Source: a virus (taxonomy: Duplodnaviria; Caudoviricetes). From it: 28,081 bases of DNA. The notes beneath the pieces were generated by a model. That model was not told the DNA's origin and made no database searches. It worked only from the letters and a program-made list of their open reading frames with translations. How positions within the stretch are numbered: position 1 is the stretch's first letter; each line of letters begins with the position of its first letter. Below, in pieces: positions 16,189-25,349 of the stretch. The translations under genes were made by a program, and so were the position numbers. The stretch lies in IMG/VR virus record IMGVR_UViG_3300020045_019473, positions 1-28,081 of that record; one strand, 5' to 3'.

Positions 16189-17915
16189 AGAACACCCGCC
16201 TGGATATCGAGTTCGACGAATTCGAGTCGGCACCTCGTCGGCGAATCGTGGCGGAAATGGAAGGCCCGCTTGTAAAAGGAACCACACTCGTCAAGCCGAG
16301 GCCGACTTTTACCCAGATCGAATTCGCGCCAGTTGGACCAGTATTCGGGCGCCCGGTTGTGGTCGTTGACTCGGATTTTGAGCCGACTCCCATCTTGCTG
16401 GTCGGCGACGATGTACATTTTACTCAGGTACTTCGCCACCCGCATTCCGCCGTCGAACTCGGGCGGATATATCTCCATCACAACAGGCTCGCCGGCATCC
16501 AGAATTTCATCATCCTCCATCGAATAGATCCATCCGTCGGTGAGATGTTGCAGAAAAACCCCGCCGACATGCCGGTCGTAGAAGGCCGGGGTTGCCGCCG
16601 CAAACGGAAAGTAAGTTTCCCCCAGCGCATTCCAATAGTACCACAGCTCGGAATCCAGATCGTAAACTAAACTGACGGCCCGCTCGACCGAGGTCAGAAC
16701 AAAAAAGCTGTGACCGGCGAGGATGAGTCCGAGGGTAAACCAATCGGAACCTAGGCTGAGGATACGCCTCTCAGCCGGCCCAGCGATTTCTTTCGCGCGT
16801 AAACCCTGGAGTAAATAGACACTCCGCTCCCCCTCGCGATTATTGCTCATCCAGACAAGGGTCTGCGCAAAAACCTGAACTACTCGTTTATTCAACACAC
16901 CAACGTCGAGTTGCAGCCCCTCGACCCGCTCAAGCGGCGATCCGTCGGACAGACCGGCATCGCGGAAGAATTCAACGGAATACTGTTTGAACGCGATGAG
17001 GTGGGAATGCTGGCGGGAGATAAAGAGGAGGCCTCCGCGTTCAGCGTAAGGAGCGATGAAATTGAGCGGCGACCAATCGCGAGGAGCGTCGGCATCGGAA
17101 CCGTAGATTCTCCCATTTCCCATGCCGAGATAGACGGCCTTATTCAGTACGACAATGCCGCCGATGTAATCTGTAATCGGGGCGGTATAATCATCGCTGT
17201 ATTCGTTGTTGATTTGGTAGGCGGTTGAAGGAGCCTCCGCTTCAAGGGTCAAACTAACGGCTGCATTTGTAGCGGTTGCGTTGGAGCTTAACGTAAACTG
17301 GGTTGCGCTGTCAATCGTGAGGATCGTCGTGTTGGCCGGAATGCCGGCGCCAGTAACGAGAAAATAGGCAGCTGGTATATTGGATGAGTGCGTTACAACC
17401 GGCGATGCATTTGTAGTTGCGCAAGTAATAACCGCCGTAGTTCCGGCCCTGAAGATATCCCGCAATCCGATTGGGTCGTAAGTCCGGGCGGCCCTCGTAT
17501 TTAACGCCAGCAGAATCTCTTCCGTTGAACCGACAGGAACTTTTTCCATCCACACGAATTTCTCGAGCGTCCCATCCAATGAACTTGTTACTGAGCCGAT
17601 TAGAGTGAGTTCATCGGTCTCTGCGTCAAGACTATACAGACGGATTCGATCGCCGGGGGCATTTTCAGTGTCATACCAGCAGACATAGCCATTTATGATG
17701 CCGGCGCCGGTCGCGTTTTCCTGGGTATTCTGAACAAGTCGGTGCATGCCGGAACGCTTGAGCAAGCGGACGGAGCCGCTCGGGCTCCGTTCTACAAACC
17801 CATTGATTATCCGGGCGTCAAGATCTGGATTCTCCGCGCGATTATCCAAGATGCCGAAAAGGGGCAATCGTGTGGGGAGGGATAACTCTTTCGGCGGATC
17901 GCGGTAGTCGGCCAT
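16185..17915 (-). CDS. Tail nozzle / packaged-DNA stabilisation protein (P22 gp10-like)
   Basis: DARIINGFVE..KRSG start, IYGSD...W..LNFI, LIAFKQYSVEFFRDAG, SLVYDL...WY.W, C-terminal GSFYKRAF; ATG 17915 with GAGGTG RBS; follows the adaptor gene. Confidence 0.8.
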   Translation of the reverse strand: MADYRDPPKELSLPTRLPLFGILDNRAENPDLDARIINGFVERSPSGSVRLLKRSGMHRLVQNTQENATGAGIINGYVCWYDTENAPGDRIRLYSLDAETDELTLIGSVTSSLDGTLEKFVWMEKVPVGSTEEILLALNTRAARTYDPIGLRDIFRAGTTAVITCATTNASPVVTHSSNIPAAYFLVTGAGIPANTTILTIDSATQFTLSSNATATNAAVSLTLEAEAPSTAYQINNEYSDDYTAPITDYIGGIVVLNKAVYLGMGNGRIYGSDADAPRDWSPLNFIAPYAERGGLLFISRQHSHLIAFKQYSVEFFRDAGLSDGSPLERVEGLQLDVGVLNKRVVQVFAQTLVWMSNNREGERSVYLLQGLRAKEIAGPAERRILSLGSDWFTLGLILAGHSFFVLTSVERAVSLVYDLDSELWYYWNALGETYFPFAAATPAFYDRHVGGVFLQHLTDGWIYSMEDDEILDAGEPVVMEIYPPEFDGGMRVAKYLSKMYIVADQQDGSRLKIRVNDHNRAPEYWSNWREFDLGKSRPRLDECGSFYKRAFHFRHDSPTRCRLEFVELDIQAGVL

Positions 17916-17924
17916 CAATTCACC

Positions 17925-18635
17925 TCAACGAAATCGAGAAGGCATAAGGGTGCGGGTGTCAGGCTGGAATTTAGTCGCCGCCTCTTCGACATCCCAATCC
18001 TCGAGCGCCTCCCGAAACATCTTTGCTTTTCTTTCGCAGCGATCCATGATTAGGGCGGGTTGCCCGGTGGCCAACTCGTCGGCCAGCCCCCAACGCAGGG
18101 CCATATACCATTCAACAGGAAATCCGACGGCTTCAGTCAATTGCACCGGACCGATCGCCTGGCGTTGAATAAGCAATTCTACCGAGCCTGTCGCCGCACA
18201 ACTTGTGGACGGGACAGGCCAAAACTTCACCGAGATATTCGACTGCTGCTTATCTTGGAAAAATCCGGTTACTTCCCCGACTTGGGTCAGTGTCCCCAAT
18301 CCCTGATAACCGCGCCAGCTCAACACTTCGAGCGGTCGCCGGTTGCCGTCAGTCCTCGCATACCAACCCTCAAGTACGCGTGCTGGCTTGTCGCCGGCCC
18401 CCGTCGGACCCAAGGTATAGGTTGCTATGTTTGCGATGAGTGGAATCGTCACCAAAGAATTCAGCCAAAGTTTTAACCCTTGGGTCTGATAGGTGAAGAT
18501 TAAATCGGAAAGACGCCCCAGCGCGTCGATATAAACCTCGGCACTGGGGTCGTCGCCGGTCTGCAGGCGTCCCGCATCTTTCAGCGATTGCCGGATGATG
18601 CGTTCAGCTGTGTGGTAAGATGCGGGAGCTGCCAT
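17925..18635 (-). CDS. Head-tail adaptor / tail tubular protein A-like
   Basis: TAERIIRQSL...G, GLKLW, KFWPVP, FPVEWYMALRWGLADELA pattern; ATG at 18635 in a TAATG overlap (ORF track over-extends to 18764). Confidence 0.8.
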   Translation of the reverse strand: MAAPASYHTAERIIRQSLKDAGRLQTGDDPSAEVYIDALGRLSDLIFTYQTQGLKLWLNSLVTIPLIANIATYTLGPTGAGDKPARVLEGWYARTDGNRRPLEVLSWRGYQGLGTLTQVGEVTGFFQDKQQSNISVKFWPVPSTSCAATGSVELLIQRQAIGPVQLTEAVGFPVEWYMALRWGLADELATGQPALIMDRCERKAKMFREALEDWDVEEAATKFQPDTRTLMPSRFR

Positions 18636-19024
18636 TAGAAACTCGCTTTGCGCATGATCATCAGCACAGTGTAAGTCTCTGTGCCGGAGGCCCAGCCGAC
18701 AGTTGTGAACCCGATGTCGCCGGTGACACCAGCGCCAGCGTTGTTCTGGAATCCGCTGCAACACTTCAGATCGAATTCACCCTGCCCGGAGAGCGTGGCG
18801 AATCGAACGTCTGTGGTGGCTTCCCAGGTCAGCAGTACCTGAAGGTTGCCGGAGCAAGACCAGTAGATTTCATCCACAGCAACCAGGTCGCACGCCGGAG
18901 CCATCGCGGAGACATCCACCTTTACAGTGTTTGCCTCATTTGCGGTGTCGATACTCCCGGTGAAGAGCATCACTACATTCCTCGGCCCATCGAGTAGAGT
19001 TTGAGAGGTAAAGGCATTTGCCAT
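18635..19024 (-). CDS. Virion structural protein (129 aa, beta-rich), function unknown
   Basis: MANAFTSQTLLDGPRNVV...GVTGDIGFTT..YTVLMIMRK; AGGAG RBS; located within the head/neck operon. Confidence 0.8.
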   Translation of the reverse strand: MANAFTSQTLLDGPRNVVMLFTGSIDTANEANTVKVDVSAMAPACDLVAVDEIYWSCSGNLQVLLTWEATTDVRFATLSGQGEFDLKCCSGFQNNAGAGVTGDIGFTTVGWASGTETYTVLMIMRKASF

Positions 19025-19036
19025 TTCGCTCTCCTA

Positions 19037-19783
19037 TCAACGCTCGATTGCAGCGAAAACGTAGTCAATAGTCATGACTTTGGCCACCGCTTCTCCGTTC
19101 TGAATGCCGAAGGTTACGGTCAGTTCTGTGTCTGGAAGGTACGTCGAGGGCGCGGTGGTCAGATCCACCGTCTTAAACATGACATCGTTCTTGAACAACT
19201 CGACCGACCGCTTGCCATTGTAGTAAAACCCGAGGGTCATGTACGTGTCATCGGCGGCTGCAGACGCGACTGCCGTGTTGGTCAGTTGGCCGGTCGTCGC
19301 GTTCTTTTGGACGTAGAAGTCGATGTCGGTGTCTGCCGAATCTTTCTGGAAAAATATCCCATCCGTAGCACCGTCGCCGGCTGCCGCAAGGGGAGTCGTA
19401 TCCGTGATCACGAGGCCGGCAATCCAATCACTCAACGTGGCATCGCTAACCTTGAAGCGAATCTTGAACAAGGCTTTCTTGCCGGCGGCGATCAGGAACG
19501 ATTCGCCAATCTTCTGGAAGAAGTCGCTGTCATTATCGGCAGCATCGTTGGTGATGACGAGAACGCCGCCGGCCGCATCACCAATTGCTTCGGTAGCCGA
19601 ACTGCCGCCGGCCTCAACCGTCGTGATGGTGTACTTCCCGGCGGGAGTCGTATCCGTTACGAAACCATTGAAGTCGTCAAAAAAGACGTGCCACAGCGTC
19701 GGATCAGGCATGCCGAACATGCCTAGAGTAGCCTCGCGAGCAGCCGTCGTGACGCCGTGGGTGAATCGAGTTGGGGTTCCCAT
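19037..19783 (-). CDS. Virion structural protein (putative head decoration/fibre, beta-sandwich)
   Basis: MGTPTRFTHGV N-terminus, FFDDF motif, C-terminal MTIDYVFAAIER; Thr/Ala/Asp-rich; first gene after the capsid gene; AGAGGA RBS. Confidence 0.8.
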   Translation of the reverse strand: MGTPTRFTHGVTTAAREATLGMFGMPDPTLWHVFFDDFNGFVTDTTPAGKYTITTVEAGGSSATEAIGDAAGGVLVITNDAADNDSDFFQKIGESFLIAAGKKALFKIRFKVSDATLSDWIAGLVITDTTPLAAAGDGATDGIFFQKDSADTDIDFYVQKNATTGQLTNTAVASAAADDTYMTLGFYYNGKRSVELFKNDVMFKTVDLTTAPSTYLPDTELTVTFGIQNGEAVAKVMTIDYVFAAIER

Positions 19784-19795
19784 GATGCTATTCCT

Positions 19796-19896
19796 CTACG
19801 TTGTGGGTCAACGCCTTGCGGCGTAGGGAAAGGTGGCAGGACGGTGAATCTGGTTCACACTATTAAACCGCTGTCCCCTAGTCAGCGGTTCCTGCC
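19796..19896 (-). ncRNA. Putative structured cis-RNA downstream of the major capsid gene (three-way junction, pseudoknot, GNRA hairpin)
   Basis: Complementary segments seen directly: 19835-19840/19891-19896, 19866-19873/19883-19890, 19844-19848/19854-19858, loop 19874-19880 with 19824-19830, and 19811-19824 with a GCAA loop on the - strand. Confidence 0.6.
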
Positions 19897-19902
19897 GATT
19901 GC

Positions 19903-20823
19903 TTACGGACGGTCGCTGCCGTAGATGCCGCGCGGGTCAGTGCACCCGACGCTCAGACGCATGTAGCTTAGAGCCTTTGCGTTCTTCGTGTCGAAGTCAT
20001 TGTCCTGCGCCAGGCCCGGCTTCTCACGCCAGAACATCTGCATGCCATTCGGCACATTGGTACGGACGAACCAGCTACCAGGAACATCGAAGTAGTGATT
20101 CATCTTGATGCCGCCGGGAAATGCGTTCACCGCCTTCAGCACGTTGATATCGTTGTTTGCAGTCCCGGACTGCAGTACCGACTTCAGGATGCGGTTAGCG
20201 TTGAACCATTCGGCGGTGGCGACGTGTAGCGATGTCGGCATGACGGAGATTGCCAGCCCGCGATCGTTCTGCGCACCCATGATCTGGATGCACATATCCT
20301 CGAGAGCCGCCTCACTCAGATCAGCGCCGGGCGTAAGCTCGTTGCTGTAAGTTCCGCCGGTCGCATTGACGTGGGAATCCGAGATGAGTGAAACACCGTC
20401 GCCGGTAGTGAAGTAGGTCGAGACGAACGCGTTGTTATACAGGAATGCTCCGACATTCTCCACCGTTTGGGCCATCGAGAACGCATTAGCCCTGGCGCGT
20501 CGCATCGAGACTTCCTCGTAGAGGTTGTCTTGCAGCTCTTCGTAGGTCACGATGTAGCCCAGGGAATACGCCAAGTGCACGTATCGGGTGATCATCCCCT
20601 GGATTTCCGAATCGTAGGTGCCACCCTGAGATTCAGGCTTGACCGAGGCCAGGCCGAATCCAGTGACTTGCACATCCTCTTCGTAGGCGCGCGACGAGCT
20701 GTCGATCGAATACAGGTCAGTGTATTCCACCGGATGGCTGTCGTAGACCTGCCCCCAGATTGCCCGGACGCCGGGCCAAAGCAGTTTCGGATGCGAGCCG
20801 GTATTGATGATGCCACCAGGCAT
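19903..20823 (-). CDS. Major capsid protein (HK97 fold, Mu gpT-like family)
   Basis: KLLWPG, SSRAYEED..GFG, YSLGYIVTYEELQDNLY, GDGVSLISDSH, LSEAALE, DNDFDTKNAK, DPRGIYGS; AAGGAG RBS; 306 aa. Confidence 0.93.
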   Translation of the reverse strand: MPGGIINTGSHPKLLWPGVRAIWGQVYDSHPVEYTDLYSIDSSSRAYEEDVQVTGFGLASVKPESQGGTYDSEIQGMITRYVHLAYSLGYIVTYEELQDNLYEEVSMRRARANAFSMAQTVENVGAFLYNNAFVSTYFTTGDGVSLISDSHVNATGGTYSNELTPGADLSEAALEDMCIQIMGAQNDRGLAISVMPTSLHVATAEWFNANRILKSVLQSGTANNDINVLKAVNAFPGGIKMNHYFDVPGSWFVRTNVPNGMQMFWREKPGLAQDNDFDTKNAKALSYMRLSVGCTDPRGIYGSDRP

Positions 20824-20833
20824 GATTTACTCC

Positions 20834-21442
20834 TTAGAGACCAGCCACGCCAGCGCGGAACTGATGGTTGTTGATCTGAACTTTCCACTTGGCGTAGGCG
20901 CCAAACTCGTTACCCGGCCGCTGGACAAGTCCAAGCAGTTTGAGGTCGAGCGTAGCGGTCGCCGCTTCGGCGTCATTGCCCAGCGTGAAACCCGAGACGT
21001 AGGCCGAAGGCGCTGCGGCAACAAAGTTGGCGTTGAGACCGACTGCCGCAGCCGCCAGCGCAGTGCCGGTGCCGATTTCTTGGATCTCGAACACAATGTT
21101 CGGGTCGTCGGCGACAAGGACGTAGTAATCTTTCGTCTTGGTCGCTGGGACAACGATTGTGTTGAGACTGCCGGGATCGCCGGACATGCCGCCGTAGGTG
21201 ACGCCGCCCATCCCGACAATAACGCCGAGAATCGGGGCAGCTGCGCCACCACCTGCTGCGCAGATAATAACGTCAGCAACACCGTTGCCATCAGACGAAC
21301 CGGCCAACTTTACCGGATCGCCGATTGCGTAGGCAGTGCCATCGCTGGAAGGGATATGATACCGGCGGGCCTGCCCATTCCACGACGAGCCCCCCGCGAA
21401 TTCAATCGGCGCAAGGCCGAAAGGAGTATTAGCGTTTGCCAT
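20834..21442 (-). CDS. Capsid decoration / minor head protein
   Basis: MANANTPFGLAP, IGDPVK, VADDPNIVFEIQ, VQINNHQF motifs; directly upstream of the capsid gene; GGAGG RBS. Confidence 0.75.
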   Translation of the reverse strand: MANANTPFGLAPIEFAGGSSWNGQARRYHIPSSDGTAYAIGDPVKLAGSSDGNGVADVIICAAGGGAAAPILGVIVGMGGVTYGGMSGDPGSLNTIVVPATKTKDYYVLVADDPNIVFEIQEIGTGTALAAAAVGLNANFVAAAPSAYVSGFTLGNDAEAATATLDLKLLGLVQRPGNEFGAYAKWKVQINNHQFRAGVAGL

Positions 21443-21973
21443 TTAAGGCCTCCGAGGTTGAAACATATTACGTTTTTGCTCACCACGCGAGTAACGGTTG
21501 GAGCCGTCTTGACCCGCTTCGGTGAACCCCTTGTCGCCGCGCAGGGTGGCGGCAGTTTGCTCGTGTTTCTTGTCGATCATGACCTGATCTTCGTCCCAAA
21601 GATCCTTCGGGATTTTCATCAGGAACAGGCGGGCGCCTTGGCCATCAACCAATTCGTCGCCGGCGGATACAGTCACATTCTCGCCAAGCGTCGAATGGCC
21701 GGAGCCTTCCGCATCATTGGCAAAACCGAATTCAGGGATATCGACTTCCTCTTTCGTTACGAAACGATAGCCGGCATTTTGTGCTTGCGCAAGCCGGGCT
21801 GACGTGCCGCGAAACCAGTGGAGTTCAAATCCCGGAATTTCCGGAACTTTAAGTTTAAGCGTCGGCAGCGACATTGAAACGCGCGCACGAGCTTTTTTCT
21901 CTGGAGAATTAGCTGGGTTAGTTTGCGCCATCTCGGCTGCCCGATTGACCAAAAAACTGGGGGTTGTGCTCAT
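21443..21973 (-). CDS. Head-module hypothetical protein
   Basis: IPGFELHWF...RL..A..AGY.FV and LMKIPKDLWDEDQ motifs; ATGA overlap with the scaffold stop. Confidence 0.75.
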   Translation of the reverse strand: MSTTPSFLVNRAAEMAQTNPANSPEKKARARVSMSLPTLKLKVPEIPGFELHWFRGTSARLAQAQNAGYRFVTKEEVDIPEFGFANDAEGSGHSTLGENVTVSAGDELVDGQGARLFLMKIPKDLWDEDQVMIDKKHEQTAATLRGDKGFTEAGQDGSNRYSRGEQKRNMFQPRRP

Positions 21974-22806
21974 ACAGTTTCCTCGAAATATATCTTGGTA
22001 TAATGCGATCGCCAGGCGTCAGCATTTGCGAACGCTCGGCCGGGGCCAACAAGGCGACTGGCCTGGCGATCGCAGGCTTCTTTCGCATCGGAAGGCAGAT
22101 CGGAGTAGTTTCGTTGCCGGGGCGCTCCGGAGCCGGAGCCATTCTGCCCGCTTTGGCGACCGCCGTCAACCTTCCCTTGCGGCTTCTCGCCGAGGTAAAT
22201 TTCCAGTTCCTCCACCACCCGATCGAAGAACGCCCGGCCTTGCAACTTGTCGTTCTTTTTGTCCTCGCGAAGTTCGTCGGCAATCCCCAGGGCCAGAGCG
22301 CGACGCCGAGCATTCGACTTGAACCAAGGATTGTCCTCAACCCAACCTTCAAAATCGGGGTGAGGCGAATCAGCGGCCGGACTCACAGCTGCGGGCGGAA
22401 TCGGCTGGGCTTTCACCTCCGCCTTGACCTCGCGGATCGCCTGGAGTTCCTCGCGAACTTGCTCTTCCGTCTCAACATCCCCGTTTTCGCGGGCAGTTTT
22501 CAGTTGCGCAATCAATTCTTTCTTCGCCCGCTCGACTTGTCGCTTCGTTTCGGCGCCTTGATACTCTTTCAGAGCCTCAATCGCTTCGTGCGAGGCGGAG
22601 AGAAGGTCTTTGAGCTGCTTGACTTCTCCGGCGGTAACGTCGAGTTTCCCCTTCAGTTCCAGATTCGATTTGCGGAGTAGCGGGATGAAATTCTCGCCGC
22701 GCCGAACAAACTCGTCAGCGTCAACCCACTTCTCGACATCGCCTCGAAACTCTTCTTTCGGGCGCCAGCCCATTTCGCGGGCAGCAACTTCAACTTCTTC
22801 GCTCAT
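21970..22806 (-). CDS. Capsid scaffolding protein
   Basis: AREMGWRPKEEF...WVDADEFV, long acidic coiled coil, W..DNPWF, C-terminal YSDLP.DAK..C motif; position between portal and capsid genes. Confidence 0.75.
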   Translation of the reverse strand: MSEEVEVAAREMGWRPKEEFRGDVEKWVDADEFVRRGENFIPLLRKSNLELKGKLDVTAGEVKQLKDLLSASHEAIEALKEYQGAETKRQVERAKKELIAQLKTARENGDVETEEQVREELQAIREVKAEVKAQPIPPAAVSPAADSPHPDFEGWVEDNPWFKSNARRRALALGIADELREDKKNDKLQGRAFFDRVVEELEIYLGEKPQGKVDGGRQSGQNGSGSGAPRQRNYSDLPSDAKEACDRQASRLVGPGRAFANADAWRSHYTKIYFEETV

Positions 22807-23126
22807 TTGCTTACCTCTCTATCGTCAGTAATTCGTGCAAAGATATCGGCGTCGTTGATGATTCGATACATCTTACCATCGGCCGGACCTTGCAGCGCGA
22901 AACCAGCATACTTCGTGATGAGAACTCGGTCACCGGCTTTCGCACGCGGCGGCTCGTTCGGCCAGGCATTCGGCCCGACTTCTACAACCGCAGCGCGTTG
23001 TTCCGCGATGACTTCACTCTTTCTCACGTGGTCTGGAATCACGATTAAACTTTCCTTCCGCTCAGGCTCATAGTACTCCACAAGAACGGCTCGGCCGAGG
23101 GGGGAAACTCCACTTTTGTTCGTCAT
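22803..23126 (-). CDS. groES: GroES-like co-chaperonin (Cpn10)
   Basis: PLGRAVLV, mobile-loop-like SLIVIPD, VVEVGP, KAGDRVL..KYAG, YRIINDADIFA. Confidence 0.88.
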   Translation of the reverse strand: MTNKSGVSPLGRAVLVEYYEPERKESLIVIPDHVRKSEVIAEQRAAVVEVGPNAWPNEPPRAKAGDRVLITKYAGFALQGPADGKMYRIINDADIFARITDDREVSK

Positions 23127-23127
23127 G

Positions 23128-23382
23128 TTATTCCCCGATCACCTGAATGAACTGATCCGCTTCAATCTGAATCAGCGTTTCAAGCATCTCACACTGGCCA
23201 ATAGCTTTAGCGTTTGTGATTGCCGTAGCGTATTTATTAGTGTGGGTGAATTCACCGCTTGACCACCGAACCTTGAGAGCGTCCTGTTGCTGTATCAAAA
23301 ATTGGAACAAGGCTACCGTCACCGGATGAGCTTGCCAATCCTCGAATTTCATCTGCCTTTCGGACCTGTCTGTTTGGATCAC
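23128..23382 (-). CDS. Small portal-downstream hypothetical protein
   Basis: GTG start with GGAG RBS; FEDWQAHPVT motif and helical AIG.C..L..LI segment; overlaps the portal 3' end by 131 nt. Confidence 0.7.
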   Translation of the reverse strand: MIQTDRSERQMKFEDWQAHPVTVALFQFLIQQQDALKVRWSSGEFTHTNKYATAITNAKAIGQCEMLETLIQIEADQFIQVIGE

Positions 23383-25348
23383 TTTCTAACTCCATTATCT
23401 TGATGAGTTGGTCGATGCGCCCACGGAGAGACTCGTCGCGCTGTTTGACGGCCGAGATAGCGGTTTGCATCGCCACGATCTGCCGGTTATCTGCAGCGTC
23501 ATCCGCCTCGGCGAGGAGTTTGACGGTTTCTGCCTGCATTTTAATCTGTTCGGCCTGGTTCATGCGCTGGTCCTCGAGCAGCTGGGCCAAGAACTTCTGC
23601 ATCTCGGTTTCCTGCTTGGACTGGTGCAGGGCCATTTCACGCTGGCCGCGCATCTCTTCGATCTGGATGCGCGGATCTTTTGGAACTTGCGACGGATCGA
23701 AGCCGCGATAGAACTTTTTCCAGTTATCTACGCGAAGAGCGCGGAGATAGTTTTCCTCGACAACATTCGGATCGTAGCCAGGCTTTGCGTCCGAACGCTG
23801 GACGATCGCCAAGGCGCGACTGAAGCGCTCACTGTCGGAACTGATGTTCGGGTCGGCGGCCGGGCAGATCAATTCGGGGTCGCCGAGAAACAGTTGGCGG
23901 TATCTTGAAGGCGCGTGCAATCCGTTGAGGATGAAGATCTTCTTAAACTCTTCCTTCATTGCACGCCAAGTCCGCTTGAAAATGGCGGCGTAGATCTTCA
24001 TCCCTTGCTCGACCATCGAAGCCATATTGGAGGCGGGAGTATTCTGGCCGGGATTTTCCCCGACCATAGTTTCCATCGTCCCGGCAATCCGATTGGTGTA
24101 TTCGATCAGCAGGCCAAGCAGATTAAACAGCACCGCAGAAGGCTCCCTCACATCCAGGGGGACAATCGACTTCCGCAGATCGTCGCCGGTCGAGTCAACG
24201 CGCTTCCATTCGAGCGGGGCGAAGGTGTAATCTCCGCCGCGAATCTTAGCGCCTCGGCCGAGGAATCCGCCTGCAGTCGTCGCCATCACGCCGGCATCGA
24301 TGAGCATATTCACGAGTGAGCTAACCGATTCGTTAAGAGGTCCAAGGAGGACGCCGAACCCAATATCGTAGATCGAGTTGTCGGGCGCCGGAATAAAGCC
24401 GTATTTTGTGAAATACTCAACCGGCGTAATTGACACCACTTGGCCTCGTGCGTTACGCACCACATCTTGCTCTCGATCCCAGCGTGCAACAATGCGGAGG
24501 ACAGTCTGTGAACCCTCCTCAACCGTGACGATCCAAGGTTCCTCATATCCGTCGCCATCCAGATCCAGCCAGCAATGTTGCTCCAGCGCCGTGAAAGGAG
24601 TGTCGCTGTCCCGGCTGGGAACTGAGGTGCCGTCGCGGTTAGGTTTGTCATCAGCTACAAGTCCTCCACCTTGAAACCAGGCGTCACCGGTAACATCCCT
24701 GAATTTCGGGGTGTCGGACACGGCGCCGGAGTAGATTTCATTTTTTGTGAGCGGATAAACGTGGGTTTTTCTGCGCGCATTTTCCACGCTTTTGGCATAA
24801 TAATCCAGCACGAGATCCTTAGCAAGAACCACGTCGGAAGTAACACGCGCAACTTGGGAGTCGAAATAACTTTTCTTGAAAGCACAGCCTACAATTGCGT
24901 AATTGAGTAGAAGGCGATCCTGCCCTTCTTCCCAGGTGGAAGACTGCTCGAGTAACTGGTGACTCATATACCGGCCGATGAGGTCGGCCTGGGCCTGTTC
25001 ATCACCGTCGACTTCGAACGGGACTCGGCACTTTACAACGTCACTGCCAGATACGATCGCCGGATAAGCGCGCGAGTGGAACTGCATTGCCGCGATGGTT
25101 ACGAGGGGAAAAGCGACATTCGAGGCATTCGGCCAGGGAAAACTTTTCTCGCGAACAACCTGCATTGCGAGGTCCATCCCGGCGGCACTCCGCTCTTCCC
25201 AGACTTGCCGGCTCCGTTTGTCCTCGCGGTAGCCACGCAGAACTTCCCCACCGATTCGAGTCAAATCTACGCTCGAAAACATCCCAGTGATGTTCGGGCT
25301 GGTCCAAACCTCTTTGGTCAGTTTGATGTGTTGCTCTAATCTAAGCAT
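23252..25348 (-). CDS. Portal protein
   Basis: Directly after terL; KSFPWPNASNV.FPL...A.QF..RAY, GCAFKK.YFD, EQHCWLDLDGDGYEEPWIVTV, FTKYGFIP, GFG.LLGPLN, C-terminal coiled coil. Confidence 0.92.
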   Translation of the reverse strand: MLRLEQHIKLTKEVWTSPNITGMFSSVDLTRIGGEVLRGYREDKRSRQVWEERSAAGMDLAMQVVREKSFPWPNASNVAFPLVTIAAMQFHSRAYPAIVSGSDVVKCRVPFEVDGDEQAQADLIGRYMSHQLLEQSSTWEEGQDRLLLNYAIVGCAFKKSYFDSQVARVTSDVVLAKDLVLDYYAKSVENARRKTHVYPLTKNEIYSGAVSDTPKFRDVTGDAWFQGGGLVADDKPNRDGTSVPSRDSDTPFTALEQHCWLDLDGDGYEEPWIVTVEEGSQTVLRIVARWDREQDVVRNARGQVVSITPVEYFTKYGFIPAPDNSIYDIGFGVLLGPLNESVSSLVNMLIDAGVMATTAGGFLGRGAKIRGGDYTFAPLEWKRVDSTGDDLRKSIVPLDVREPSAVLFNLLGLLIEYTNRIAGTMETMVGENPGQNTPASNMASMVEQGMKIYAAIFKRTWRAMKEEFKKIFILNGLHAPSRYRQLFLGDPELICPAADPNISSDSERFSRALAIVQRSDAKPGYDPNVVEENYLRALRVDNWKKFYRGFDPSQVPKDPRIQIEEMRGQREMALHQSKQETEMQKFLAQLLEDQRMNQAEQIKMQAETVKLLAEADDAADNRQIVAMQTAISAVKQRDESLRGRIDQLIKIMELESDPNRQVRKADEIRGLASSSGDGSLVPIFDTATGRSQGSVVKR

Positions 25349-25349
25349 T

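Noticed and set aside
16189-16287. Longer starts given by the ORF track (16287; likewise 9261, 18764 and 27193)
   Set aside because: They overlap upstream genes extensively; coupled or better-placed starts at 16188, 9219, 18635 and 27109 fit better.
19811-19896. Pistol, hammerhead or HDV ribozyme identity for the capsid-downstream RNA
   Set aside because: The hairpin with a UAGGG loop followed by UUAAUAG superficially recalls pistol, but the P2/P3 arrangement and catalytic consensus did not match by eye; no CUGANGA/GAAA core and no HDV P1.1/P4. Left unassigned.
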